64,000 nucleotides of DNA from a virus. The stretch's first letter is position 1; the number at the start of each line of letters is the position of its first letter. The notes beneath the pieces were generated by a model, which worked only from the letters and a program-made list of their open reading frames with translations, was not told the origin of the DNA and made no database searches. A program made the translations under genes and the position numbers. The stretch covers positions 37,575 through 101,574 of the IMG/VR virus record IMGVR_UViG_3300022698_000267; one strand, 5' to 3'. Shown one piece after another: positions 1 through 8,794 of the stretch.

Positions 1-580
1 ACTTGTAATTTATAACTTCTGGTGATACAGGACTTATTAAATTTAAAGCTATTGTATTACTATTTGATATTGTAGACTGTGAAAAGGATGAAGAAGCCGG
101 ATTATCTGGAGTGTCCATGTCATACGTTATTGTATAGGTTCCATTAACAACATTTAATGGTTCTATACTGATATTAGAAGCACTTAAATCGAAAACTGTA
201 TATATTTTCCTTCCATGGTATGAAACCAACCCATATAAATCTTTCGTTGCACTAGATGAATTAGACCAAGCAAAAGATATCGAATACTTTTTCTCTGCTT
301 CTGTATATGTAAAAGCAGAGGTTATTGCTCCAGATGCAACAGTACCAATCTCATCAGCCATAGTATGCACATATTTGCTGTAAGAAGTTTGGTATCTTTC
401 TCCAAGACTTTCGAACATTAAATCTAAGTTTAAACTTCCTGGAGGAGTATGTGTTTTTGCCCACAAAGTTGCTGTATTAAAATCATTAATTTCTTTCTTC
501 ACATTGCCATTATGATCTAGTATTTGTAAAGAAACTACACCTTTCACCTTGACATTTTGTAAGTCTAAAACAGATTTCAT
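1..580 (-). CDS. hypothetical protein, 3' end truncated by window edge
   Basis: Open frame on minus strand from ATG at 580 to window edge; RBS AAAGAGGA 6 nt upstream; directly follows stop of 595..1569. Confidence 0.5.
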   Translation of the reverse strand, partial: MKSVLDLQNVKVKGVVSLQILDHNGNVKKEINDFNTATLWAKTHTPPGSLNLDLMFESLGERYQTSYSKYVHTMADEIGTVASGAITSAFTYTEAEKKYSISFAWSNSSSATKDLYGLVSYHGRKIYTVFDLSASNISIEPLNVVNGTYTITYDMDTPDNPASSSFSQSTISNSNTIALNLISPVSPEVINYK

Positions 581-594
581 GTTAAGTCCTCTTT

Positions 595-1569
595 TTAAAT
601 ACTTCCAACGATAAAAGTTGCCTTGCTGCTATCATTAATGATATATAAGTATTGGTCAGAATCATATTCATCGATCCAATTAGCGTGATCCACAATTTTT
701 GGGAATTGTGGGTAATTATTAGTTAAAATCACTATTTTATTTTCTGGAGTGCTCTCACCAAATTTGCTAACAAAGTTGGCTGTTGTTATGGATTCATATT
801 CAGTATATGTGTTTGCTACTCCAAGAAATTCTGAAAATTCAAAATAGGTTCCACTAGGGCTTTTTTGGTTCCATGTAGAAGTGACGGCATTCCAAGCCCA
901 CCAAGTCCCGTCTCCAGAACCGAATAGAAATCTTGGTTTATGTATGACAACACTTTTACTTGGAAGTACATCATCAGGTATGTAATCTAATGTTACTGTA
1001 ATTGAATCTACTCCACTCTCTTCAAATATAAGATAAAATGCAGAAAATTCAGTTAAGCTAAAGGGATAAATTAATCTTTCGTACTTTGGATCGAATGTGA
1101 ATTGCAACAAACTATCTGTAAGAAATAATAATGAATTTCTTTTGAGTTTTTGGTTTGAACAAGTTATAGGAGTCTGCTTACTAAGAATAACTGATGGCAT
1201 ACTTGTTCCAGATCCTGTTACAATACTTTGATTATCAATATCTATTGCAGCAAAACTTTCTTCTTCTGCTAAATCTCTCAAAAATAATGAGGTGATGGTA
1301 TTATTCAGAAAGTGAAGAACTACTTCTCCAGTCATTCCTTCATACAATTGAGTAGCCATATACTGTAAAGAAATGTCTTTATTGACTGGAAGAACAGAAT
1401 CAAATAATTTGAAATGTCTCATAACATCTTCAAAGATTATGTACTGAAGACTGTTTTGAATATAAATTCCACTTTCACCAGAAAAGATATAAAAATCTTT
1501 GTTATCTACGTAATTGATTTGTAAATTTTTACATTCTGTCGTCACTGAAATTTGTGTAGTAGTGAACAT
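595..1569 (-). CDS. hypothetical protein (324 aa)
   Basis: Long ORF, GGAG upstream, operon-like coupling to downstream gene. Confidence 0.55.
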   Translation of the reverse strand: MFTTTQISVTTECKNLQINYVDNKDFYIFSGESGIYIQNSLQYIIFEDVMRHFKLFDSVLPVNKDISLQYMATQLYEGMTGEVVLHFLNNTITSLFLRDLAEEESFAAIDIDNQSIVTGSGTSMPSVILSKQTPITCSNQKLKRNSLLFLTDSLLQFTFDPKYERLIYPFSLTEFSAFYLIFEESGVDSITVTLDYIPDDVLPSKSVVIHKPRFLFGSGDGTWWAWNAVTSTWNQKSPSGTYFEFSEFLGVANTYTEYESITTANFVSKFGESTPENKIVILTNNYPQFPKIVDHANWIDEYDSDQYLYIINDSSKATFIVGSI

Positions 1570-1726
1570 TGGAAAACTCCATTAAAAAATTCGGGTTGTA
1601 TGATGTTTTAGGAAGAAAAGAAAAACATTGAGAAATATAGAAATTCCACTGTAGAATTTCTAAAATCCTAAACCGACTTTAAACAATGGGCATTTAGTCG
1701 GTATGCCGTTATAAGGAGGATTTATC

Positions 1727-2524
1727 ATGGTGTATAAAGAAAAATTTGTGGCAGTGATTAAAGAAAGTGGAAAAATTCTAAGAGAGATAGAAAAAGAAAC
1801 AGTTATGCTTCCATTTGGAAGTGAATATTCGATACTTCTGAAGAATAAACATTGTAGAAAAGCTAGTGTTCAAGTAGAGATAGATGGACAAGATGTTTTA
1901 TTTGGTAAGTCGTTGATTCTTGAACCAAATTCAGATTTAGAACTGGAAAGATTCTTGGAGAATATGGATTCTGGAAACAAATTCAGATTTATTCGAAAAA
2001 CAGAAAAAATTCAAAAGCATAGAGGTGACAGACCAGATGATGGTTTAATTAGAATAGAATTTGCTTTTGAAAAATTGGTTCCATGGACAACTTGTTCAAC
2101 TTACTACACATATCCATGTAATTTCAACATCAATATGAGTCCACCCTTCTATAATACAACATTATACAATGCAACATTATCTAGTTCACCAAGTTCAAAC
2201 TCATCAAGCAGTGGAAATAACAACTCTTTTATATCTTCTTGTTCAATGAATCAAATATCTGATTGTGGAGAACTTTCTAAGCCTTTAGAAGATGAAGGAA
2301 TAACAGTTGAGGGTTCGAATTCACAACAAAAATTTACTTATGGATACATTGGACAATTGGAAGAACCAGAAGTGATTATTCTAAGATTGAAAGGTCATAG
2401 TAACTCAAAAGATGTTAAACAAGCTGTAACTGTCAATAAGAAATTGACATGTTCAAGTTGTGGAAAGAAACATAAACCCAATATAAAATTTTGTTTTGAA
2501 TGTGGTACTCGTTTAAAATTCTAA
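1727..2524 (+). CDS. hypothetical protein with C-terminal CxxC...CxxC zinc ribbon
   Basis: RBS AAGGAGG 7 nt before ATG; C-terminal CSSCGKKHKPNIKFCFECG. Confidence 0.6.
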   Translation: MVYKEKFVAVIKESGKILREIEKETVMLPFGSEYSILLKNKHCRKASVQVEIDGQDVLFGKSLILEPNSDLELERFLENMDSGNKFRFIRKTEKIQKHRGDRPDDGLIRIEFAFEKLVPWTTCSTYYTYPCNFNINMSPPFYNTTLYNATLSSSPSSNSSSSGNNNSFISSCSMNQISDCGELSKPLEDEGITVEGSNSQQKFTYGYIGQLEEPEVIILRLKGHSNSKDVKQAVTVNKKLTCSSCGKKHKPNIKFCFECGTRLKF

Positions 2525-2555
2525 TTCAATATGAACCTCTTTCATTTGAGGGTAT

Positions 2556-3662
2556 ATGATGGAGAAACTTCTAAATGTTTTGATTATAGAGGATGATGAA
2601 AAGATTGCTGAGCTGGAGTCTTCGTATCTTTCATCAATTTCAAATGACGTTTTTATAGCCTATACAATGAAAGAGGCTCTGAAGATTATTGATAAGGAGG
2701 ATGATAAAATAGACATTATTGTTCTAGATTTAAATCTTCCAGATAGCAAAGAGATTGATTCTTTCTTTTTGATTAAACAGAAAGTTAGAAAAATACCTAT
2801 TATCGTTGTAAGTGGTATTTCTATAGAATCTATAGCTATTGATGCTGTTAGTCGAGGAGCACAAGATTATATTGTAAAAGAGTACTTGAATGAGTACGTA
2901 TTAATTAAATCTATTAGATATGCCTTAGAAAGACATTCTATTTTTTTAGCAATGGATACGATGGTCGAACAGAAAACTAAAGAAATTGCAATGGCCTCCA
3001 AGTTTTCATTTGAATTAGCTAAGGCAGTAACCTGGATTCTAGAAAATGACATTCTAGACAATGAAGTAGACTATCTGTTAAGAAAATTTGGTTCTATTTT
3101 AGAAGCAGATAGAATGACAGTTTTAAAATTACAAGGAACAGAAAATTCAGTTAATATACAAGATTATGAGGAAGCTTGTAATTATGGCATCACTGATTTT
3201 TGGCAGAAAGATACTGTTGAAACGTGTGAATTCGAAGATTTAAACTTTCCTTGTTTCGATGACAGAAACTATGATATGAATTGGTGGCATAAAGCTTTGG
3301 TTGACAGGAAAATTAAACATATATTGCCAAAAGATACAACTGGACCTACAGTTAATAGATTGATTGTTAAATATGGGAGCAAATCTATCATAGTCGTTCC
3401 AATTTACTTAGCTGATGCTACCCCTTGGGGATTACTAGTTTGTGAACAGTGCAATTATGAAAGACACTGGACAGAGTTGGAAATTAGGAATTTGGGAATT
3501 CTTGCTCCATTAATTTCATTGGTTTATGAAAGAAATGAAAAGAATAAACGATTAGGAGAACTTTCTAAAAGAGCAGATAATGTTCTGTTGGACTTACAAG
3601 AACAACATAGTAAATTCAAGGGTTTAAATGAAGAGATGAGGGAACATGAACGAACTAGATAA
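2556..3662 (+). CDS. response-regulator receiver (CheY-like REC) domain protein with C-terminal GAF-like domain
   Basis: N-term LIIEDDE...DIIVLDLNLPD...PIIVVSG...KEY matches the REC acidic pocket, phospho-acceptor Asp, Ser/Thr and Lys positions; C-terminal 220 aa alpha/beta GAF-like. Confidence 0.55.
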   Translation: MMEKLLNVLIIEDDEKIAELESSYLSSISNDVFIAYTMKEALKIIDKEDDKIDIIVLDLNLPDSKEIDSFFLIKQKVRKIPIIVVSGISIESIAIDAVSRGAQDYIVKEYLNEYVLIKSIRYALERHSIFLAMDTMVEQKTKEIAMASKFSFELAKAVTWILENDILDNEVDYLLRKFGSILEADRMTVLKLQGTENSVNIQDYEEACNYGITDFWQKDTVETCEFEDLNFPCFDDRNYDMNWWHKALVDRKIKHILPKDTTGPTVNRLIVKYGSKSIIVVPIYLADATPWGLLVCEQCNYERHWTELEIRNLGILAPLISLVYERNEKNKRLGELSKRADNVLLDLQEQHSKFKGLNEEMREHERTR

Positions 3663-4254
3663 TGTTGTAAATAAAATTCTTATGATGGTGGAATCCATCA
3701 GTAAGACAACTTCTGAGATTCGCATGTTCATGAATTCCACTAAAGAAACTATGCCAGATACTAGAGATGTTAGAGATATTAAAGATAGTATTGGCAGAAG
3801 TGAAAAAAGTCTGGTTACCCATTTATCTGAATTAGATAACTTGGTTAAAACATTACACTCTTTGCTAAAACTTCCAGAATGTCTTGATGGGATAGAAAAG
3901 AAAACCGAAAGTTTAGGAAGTATATGTCCACAAAATCGTGATTCTTTAGTTAGCATAGAATCTATAGTTATTGGAATATCTTCTGATGTAACTCAATTAA
4001 AGCAAGATTTAGAAAATACTAACAAATCCTTGGATTCATTAAAAGCTTGGGCTCTGCGAAGAGTTCCGGCAATAGTAGGAATAATAGTAGCAATTTTAAT
4101 TGGTATTAGTTATTATGCAACATTTGTAAAACTATCAGATTGGGTAGTAAAATATAATACACAACAAGATTCGGTTTTATTAAACAACGTTAATTCCAGC
4201 CTTGATGAAATAAAAGAAAAAATGGGGATTCAAGATGACAATCAAAAAAACTAG
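3646..4254 (+). CDS. coiled-coil protein with C-terminal transmembrane segment
   Basis: ATG overlapping upstream gene end; heptad-rich; hydrophobic IVGIIVAILIGISYY. Confidence 0.5.
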   Translation: MNELDNVVNKILMMVESISKTTSEIRMFMNSTKETMPDTRDVRDIKDSIGRSEKSLVTHLSELDNLVKTLHSLLKLPECLDGIEKKTESLGSICPQNRDSLVSIESIVIGISSDVTQLKQDLENTNKSLDSLKAWALRRVPAIVGIIVAILIGISYYATFVKLSDWVVKYNTQQDSVLLNNVNSSLDEIKEKMGIQDDNQKN

Positions 4255-5104
4255 TAGACTTGGAAGATACACAGATTCCCTATTTTATTTCAAACAAAAA
4301 CCAGTTAATTGGAATTTTATTGCTGATTCAGGATCTATTGATTTTGTTGTAATAGAATCTGAGAAGGGAGATAATCTAGGAACTTTAAATTCAACATCTT
4401 CACAAAATGTGGATGGGTTGTACTTAGAAGCAACAAAATACTTATCAGCTTCAGAAGGAGACAATGAACAAGTTTCTTTCATCATTGATTTAACTATTAA
4501 TCTTCCAGTAGAGCATCCAGGTTCAGTTCTTAAAACAACTATAGAAAAAATAACTTTTCAAAATCCAATATTAAAAGATTCCTCTGAATATATTAGATCT
4601 TCAATTATAGAATTGGGTGGTGATACTGGAGAATACACATATAATGTAAAGTTCGAAAGAGTACTAGATTCTATAGACGATCTTGATTTGTCTAAAAACA
4701 AAGATAGTGTAGTAACTATTGACTATAGTAAAGATCATCGATGGTCTGTGATCAGTTTATCATTATCACCATTACCAAGAAAAATTCTACCCTATTATTT
4801 TGAAGATACAGTAATTGCTGAAAGGGGGATTGTACAATCATCTACAAATCAAAGCTTCCCTACTATACAACAAAGCAGATTTATCTATCGAGTTCCATTA
4901 ATACAAGATAATATAATATATAATGGTTCTGGGTGCCAAAAAAATTCTATTGTATATCAAGCACCTGCTTTAAGAACCTCTTATGTGCTACTTCGTACCG
5001 GTCCAGTAAGTGAGGACGTTGTGATGGGAGATTTTGTTTCAGGAATGACATCTAGCATCGAATATAGATCAGTAACTTTACAGGAAAGTCTCACTCAGAT
5101 TTAA
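4235..5104 (+). CDS. hypothetical protein (289 aa)
   Basis: ORF with TGGGGA RBS; overlaps upstream stop. Confidence 0.5.
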   Translation: MTIKKTSRLGRYTDSLFYFKQKPVNWNFIADSGSIDFVVIESEKGDNLGTLNSTSSQNVDGLYLEATKYLSASEGDNEQVSFIIDLTINLPVEHPGSVLKTTIEKITFQNPILKDSSEYIRSSIIELGGDTGEYTYNVKFERVLDSIDDLDLSKNKDSVVTIDYSKDHRWSVISLSLSPLPRKILPYYFEDTVIAERGIVQSSTNQSFPTIQQSRFIYRVPLIQDNIIYNGSGCQKNSIVYQAPALRTSYVLLRTGPVSEDVVMGDFVSGMTSSIEYRSVTLQESLTQI

Positions 5105-7820
5105 TTCTTCTAATCCAATTTTCAGGATCAAATTCCTTCTTAGCATATTCTCTTGCAGCAGAACCCATTTTAAGACGAAATTCTGAATCAAGTAATTTTT
5201 TCATTGCTTCGATATGTTCATCAAAATTATTACATAAAAATCCAGTCCCTTCAATAACTCTATCTTTTGGACCAGAATGATTATCAGCTATAACTGGCAA
5301 GCCTGTTGCCATTGCTTCCATAATTACTTTTGGTCCCTGATCATGATATCCTTCTGGAAGATGATACCAAAATACATTTCCAATCTGTAAGTAATCTGGA
5401 ATAGCAGGTTGATTTTTACGATACTGTACAACATTGCTCATCGGTTCTAAGAATGAGGGTGCAGGCATTAATCGAATTAAAGTTTCTGGAAATTCTTTAA
5501 TGATTCTTTGTAATTTCTCTTTAAAATCTTTAGGATATTTAGTATCCCCTTGGCTACTGTGTCTGATAAGTTGCAATTTTGTTTGTGTTTCAATATATGG
5601 TTTCTTATAGAATGGGGTTAAATCAATTGGTGGTGCTAATATGTGTGTATTGGAATTTGGAACTCTTTCTTTAAAGACTGCTTCCAAAGATGAGTTCAAG
5701 AAGATGTAGTCATCAAATTCTTTTGTCCATTCTATTTTTCCAATATGACCAAGTCTAAAATTTACACACATTACTTTTCTATCAGCTTTTACATCTAAGA
5801 AGTAATTGCCAAGTTTTGGAAATTCCCACACATAGTCATTGGTATAAACACAAAGGATGTCACAAGACTTATTAACTTCATTTAAGTCGTTGCTTATTTG
5901 TACTTGATGACTTCCAAGATTATTAAAAGTAGCAGATGGCCTAACTGGTGTTATGTATTGAACATCCCAACCCATTTCAATAAATCTGTTCATTATCCAT
6001 GTGGTAGAACTCTCGGCTCCTCCTTCACCACGTCCATTGAACAGCATTTTCAATAGAGGTTTGTTGGATTTTACTGTTGGTTTTTGTTCTTCGTTTTCTA
6101 TATTTCTAGTCCAGAGTTTACAACGATGTCCACCATTTCTTTTGTGAGCAAATCCTGGTCTGATATGTTTTTCTTGCCATTTGGTTTCCCATTCACGTCC
6201 AGCATCGTGAATAATAATATGCTTGCATAATTTAGCAGCAATTTTTGTTGAGCACTCTCTATTAGATCCACCAGCAGGACCATCGACAAAACCTAAATCA
6301 TAAGTTTTGGTCATGTCCACATCTTTTTCTGTTTTCCCATCCCATTGATGTATATTTAATTTTGGATACTTTTGTCTGAACTTAGTCACCCATTGAGATG
6401 CAGATTCATAAGTTGTAACATCCAGACCCATTTGATTCATTAAACAAGAAGAAAGTCCTGCACCAAATTCTAAAACAGTTTTAATCTTATTCTGTTCAAT
6501 AACATTTTTCATAAAGATCCAGTCTTTATCTGTTATACTAGAACCTCCCCATTTTTCAAATCCCATTTTCTGTGGAAGATCTGCAATTGCATCCAAATTT
6601 ACATCCTTATTCGCTTCAAAAGCTATTGGAGCAGCTATATTTGGTTTAATGAGAACTCTTGGTTGGTTTACTAACAATCTGTTTCCTTCATAGTATCTTT
6701 GGAAAGCATTGCATAAATCTTCTACTCTGATAATATCAACGCATAAGGGAAATTTTTCACCTTTATCATTAGTTACCACATTTTTACAAGATTTGTCTAT
6801 ATCACAACTCCAGCAAGCATTGGTTGTTGCACATGGTAGACAACCATCTGTTGCTAAGTATTGGTGTCCAGGATATCTGGTAAAACGTGCTGGTTCTCTT
6901 GCTCCAGCTATTACAATACAAGGCATGTTAAAAGCTGGAGCAAGGTGCATGTGGAAGCTAATCATTCCAATGGAACCTTCTGCATGATAGAATAGCTTAA
7001 ACAATTTTCTAATTCCATCAGCTCTTCCTTGTGTCTGTCCAACATAATTAATGACATTGTTACCTTTAAGAATTGGGTGTTTATGTCTACCCCCAGATAC
7101 ACCTATTTGCACGAAAGTATGATCAGGAAATTTATTTACAAATTCTTGATATCTTGAAAAAGGATACGTTTTGGTTGTCCAATCTCCTTTCTCTCCAGCA
7201 ACTATAATCCAATAAGGTGGTTGTATCAGAGGAGGTGCACTTATTTCCTTTTCTGTCATCCATATGTCAGGTTTAATTGCCCCTTGTTGTATAGAAACAC
7301 CCAGTTTTTCTTCAATGCTTAATCTAAAAGCATTAGCAAAATGTCTATCATCTCTATTGCTGGCATTGGTTAATCTAGATGGACCAATTTCTACAATCTC
7401 AGCATTATCTAAAGTAACTGATCTATCTAGATTAGGATTATTATCCCATATATGCATTGCTGTAGTGGAAACATTGATAGGCCAATCTGGGAAGGTAGCT
7501 TTAAAATCTCTGATAGCACAAGTCATCATAAGAATATCACCTATGGCTTGTCTATTTTTAAAAACGATTGGTCGAATATTTAATCTGTGTTCCTCAGAGC
7601 TTGCAGCAGAAAATCTTGGATTTAAATTTTCTTCTAAAACAACATCTTGAATCATTTCATTCAAAGCCTCTTTGCTACTTGGAAGCCTTCTATGAATATG
7701 TCCGTCTTGAAATTTTAAAACAATCAAAGATTCTTCCAAATTTCTGGTTGCACAATTTTCTTCTCTAAGAATAGCCGATACTTCTTTAGCAAGTTTTTCT
7801 TTTGTTCTCAGAATTGTCAT
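5091..7820 (-). CDS. multidomain glycosyltransferase: GT9 (heptosyltransferase-like) + class I SAM methyltransferase + GT4/GT-B C-terminal domain
   Basis: GT9-like ILMMTCAIRDF...GMISFHMHLAPAFNMPCIVIAG; MTase motif I VLEFGAGLS ... DLGFVDGP; GT4 signature GYHDQGPKVIMEAMATGLPVIADNHSGP...E (EX7E); TAGGA RBS. Confidence 0.6.
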   Translation of the reverse strand: MTILRTKEKLAKEVSAILREENCATRNLEESLIVLKFQDGHIHRRLPSSKEALNEMIQDVVLEENLNPRFSAASSEEHRLNIRPIVFKNRQAIGDILMMTCAIRDFKATFPDWPINVSTTAMHIWDNNPNLDRSVTLDNAEIVEIGPSRLTNASNRDDRHFANAFRLSIEEKLGVSIQQGAIKPDIWMTEKEISAPPLIQPPYWIIVAGEKGDWTTKTYPFSRYQEFVNKFPDHTFVQIGVSGGRHKHPILKGNNVINYVGQTQGRADGIRKLFKLFYHAEGSIGMISFHMHLAPAFNMPCIVIAGAREPARFTRYPGHQYLATDGCLPCATTNACWSCDIDKSCKNVVTNDKGEKFPLCVDIIRVEDLCNAFQRYYEGNRLLVNQPRVLIKPNIAAPIAFEANKDVNLDAIADLPQKMGFEKWGGSSITDKDWIFMKNVIEQNKIKTVLEFGAGLSSCLMNQMGLDVTTYESASQWVTKFRQKYPKLNIHQWDGKTEKDVDMTKTYDLGFVDGPAGGSNRECSTKIAAKLCKHIIIHDAGREWETKWQEKHIRPGFAHKRNGGHRCKLWTRNIENEEQKPTVKSNKPLLKMLFNGRGEGGAESSTTWIMNRFIEMGWDVQYITPVRPSATFNNLGSHQVQISNDLNEVNKSCDILCVYTNDYVWEFPKLGNYFLDVKADRKVMCVNFRLGHIGKIEWTKEFDDYIFLNSSLEAVFKERVPNSNTHILAPPIDLTPFYKKPYIETQTKLQLIRHSSQGDTKYPKDFKEKLQRIIKEFPETLIRLMPAPSFLEPMSNVVQYRKNQPAIPDYLQIGNVFWYHLPEGYHDQGPKVIMEAMATGLPVIADNHSGPKDRVIEGTGFLCNNFDEHIEAMKKLLDSEFRLKMGSAAREYAKKEFDPENWIRRIKSE

Positions 7821-7829
7821 ATTTTAATC

Positions 7830-8240
7830 CTAGAAAGAATAGATATTTACGAAAGCATTAGGGGAATGTAATTTTAGAACAAATTCATTATTTATCACTT
7901 CCCATTTGTATTTTAACATTATTATAGTATCTTGGGTACTTTCATAGGAACCAAGATTTTCAAAAATAAGTCTTTTCTTCCAACCTATTGGAGACCCACC
8001 TTCATCAACTTTGGTTATAAAAAGAGACGCTCCGGACTGCAATTCGTTTTCAACTATAACTTCCACATTATCGAAGGAATTTCCAGATTTAACAATCATG
8101 TATATACTTCCTGAACTAGATTTTGTAGCTGGATCTTCAGAAAAATTTATATCCATTGTTGTATCTTCTGGATTAAGTGAGGTTAAGATTTGATATGGAG
8201 CAACATTAGTATTAGATAGAAAAATGTTTGTGTTCATCAT
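7830..8240 (-). CDS. hypothetical small protein, paralog of 8237..8644
   Basis: Shares N-terminal NIF(L/I)S, PIGW and YKW motifs with neighbour; ATGA coupling. Confidence 0.5.
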   Translation of the reverse strand: MMNTNIFLSNTNVAPYQILTSLNPEDTTMDINFSEDPATKSSSGSIYMIVKSGNSFDNVEVIVENELQSGASLFITKVDEGGSPIGWKKRLIFENLGSYESTQDTIIMLKYKWEVINNEFVLKLHSPNAFVNIYSF

Positions 8241-8644
8241 TCCTCCACAAAGATATCAAAAATTGAATGACAATCTTGAGCTGTGATTTTGTATATATTA
8301 TCTAACACAATCCATTTGTAAACGAATGGAACTACTAAGTCAGATTGATTTGAAAATTCAAGATCATCATATATTATTTCATTTGTCCATCCAATTGGAT
8401 TCCCAAGGGTATCTGCTTTACTAATCTGTAATAAAATCCCGCTGACAGAAGTGGGATTTACAAACAATTTAATTCTAGAATAAGAAGTACCCCTTATAAC
8501 CACTAGAAATAGGAGATTAGATACTTTTCCAGTTACAAAACCATCTTTCAATGTAATATTCAAATCTTTTTCATAAGAAATAGATGGGAGGATTTTTTGA
8601 TACGGTTCAAAACTATTCTTAGAGATAAAAATGTTATTTGACAT
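8237..8644 (-). CDS. hypothetical small protein, paralog of 7830..8240
   Basis: Track start is TTG; in-frame ATG at 8644 with TAGGA RBS 6 nt upstream. Confidence 0.5.
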   Translation of the reverse strand: MSNNIFISKNSFEPYQKILPSISYEKDLNITLKDGFVTGKVSNLLFLVVIRGTSYSRIKLFVNPTSVSGILLQISKADTLGNPIGWTNEIIYDDLEFSNQSDLVVPFVYKWIVLDNIYKITAQDCHSIFDIFVEE

Positions 8645-8794
8645 TGTCAATCCTAAATAAGAGTTTTAATTTAGGTTTTTGAACCTCTGTACAACAAAGC
8701 ATTGAGGGCATACAGGCGATTGATGTGAATTTGTATAACTTTATATTCATGTGAATCTAAATTAGCAATGTGGGGGATTTGAGAGGGGTTAACT

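Noticed and set aside
6098-7768. Short ORFs antisense to the 909-aa glycosyltransferase gene (6098..6289, 6709..6987, 7264..7650, 7568..7768)
   Set aside because: Embedded in or opposite a long well-supported CDS; no RBS.
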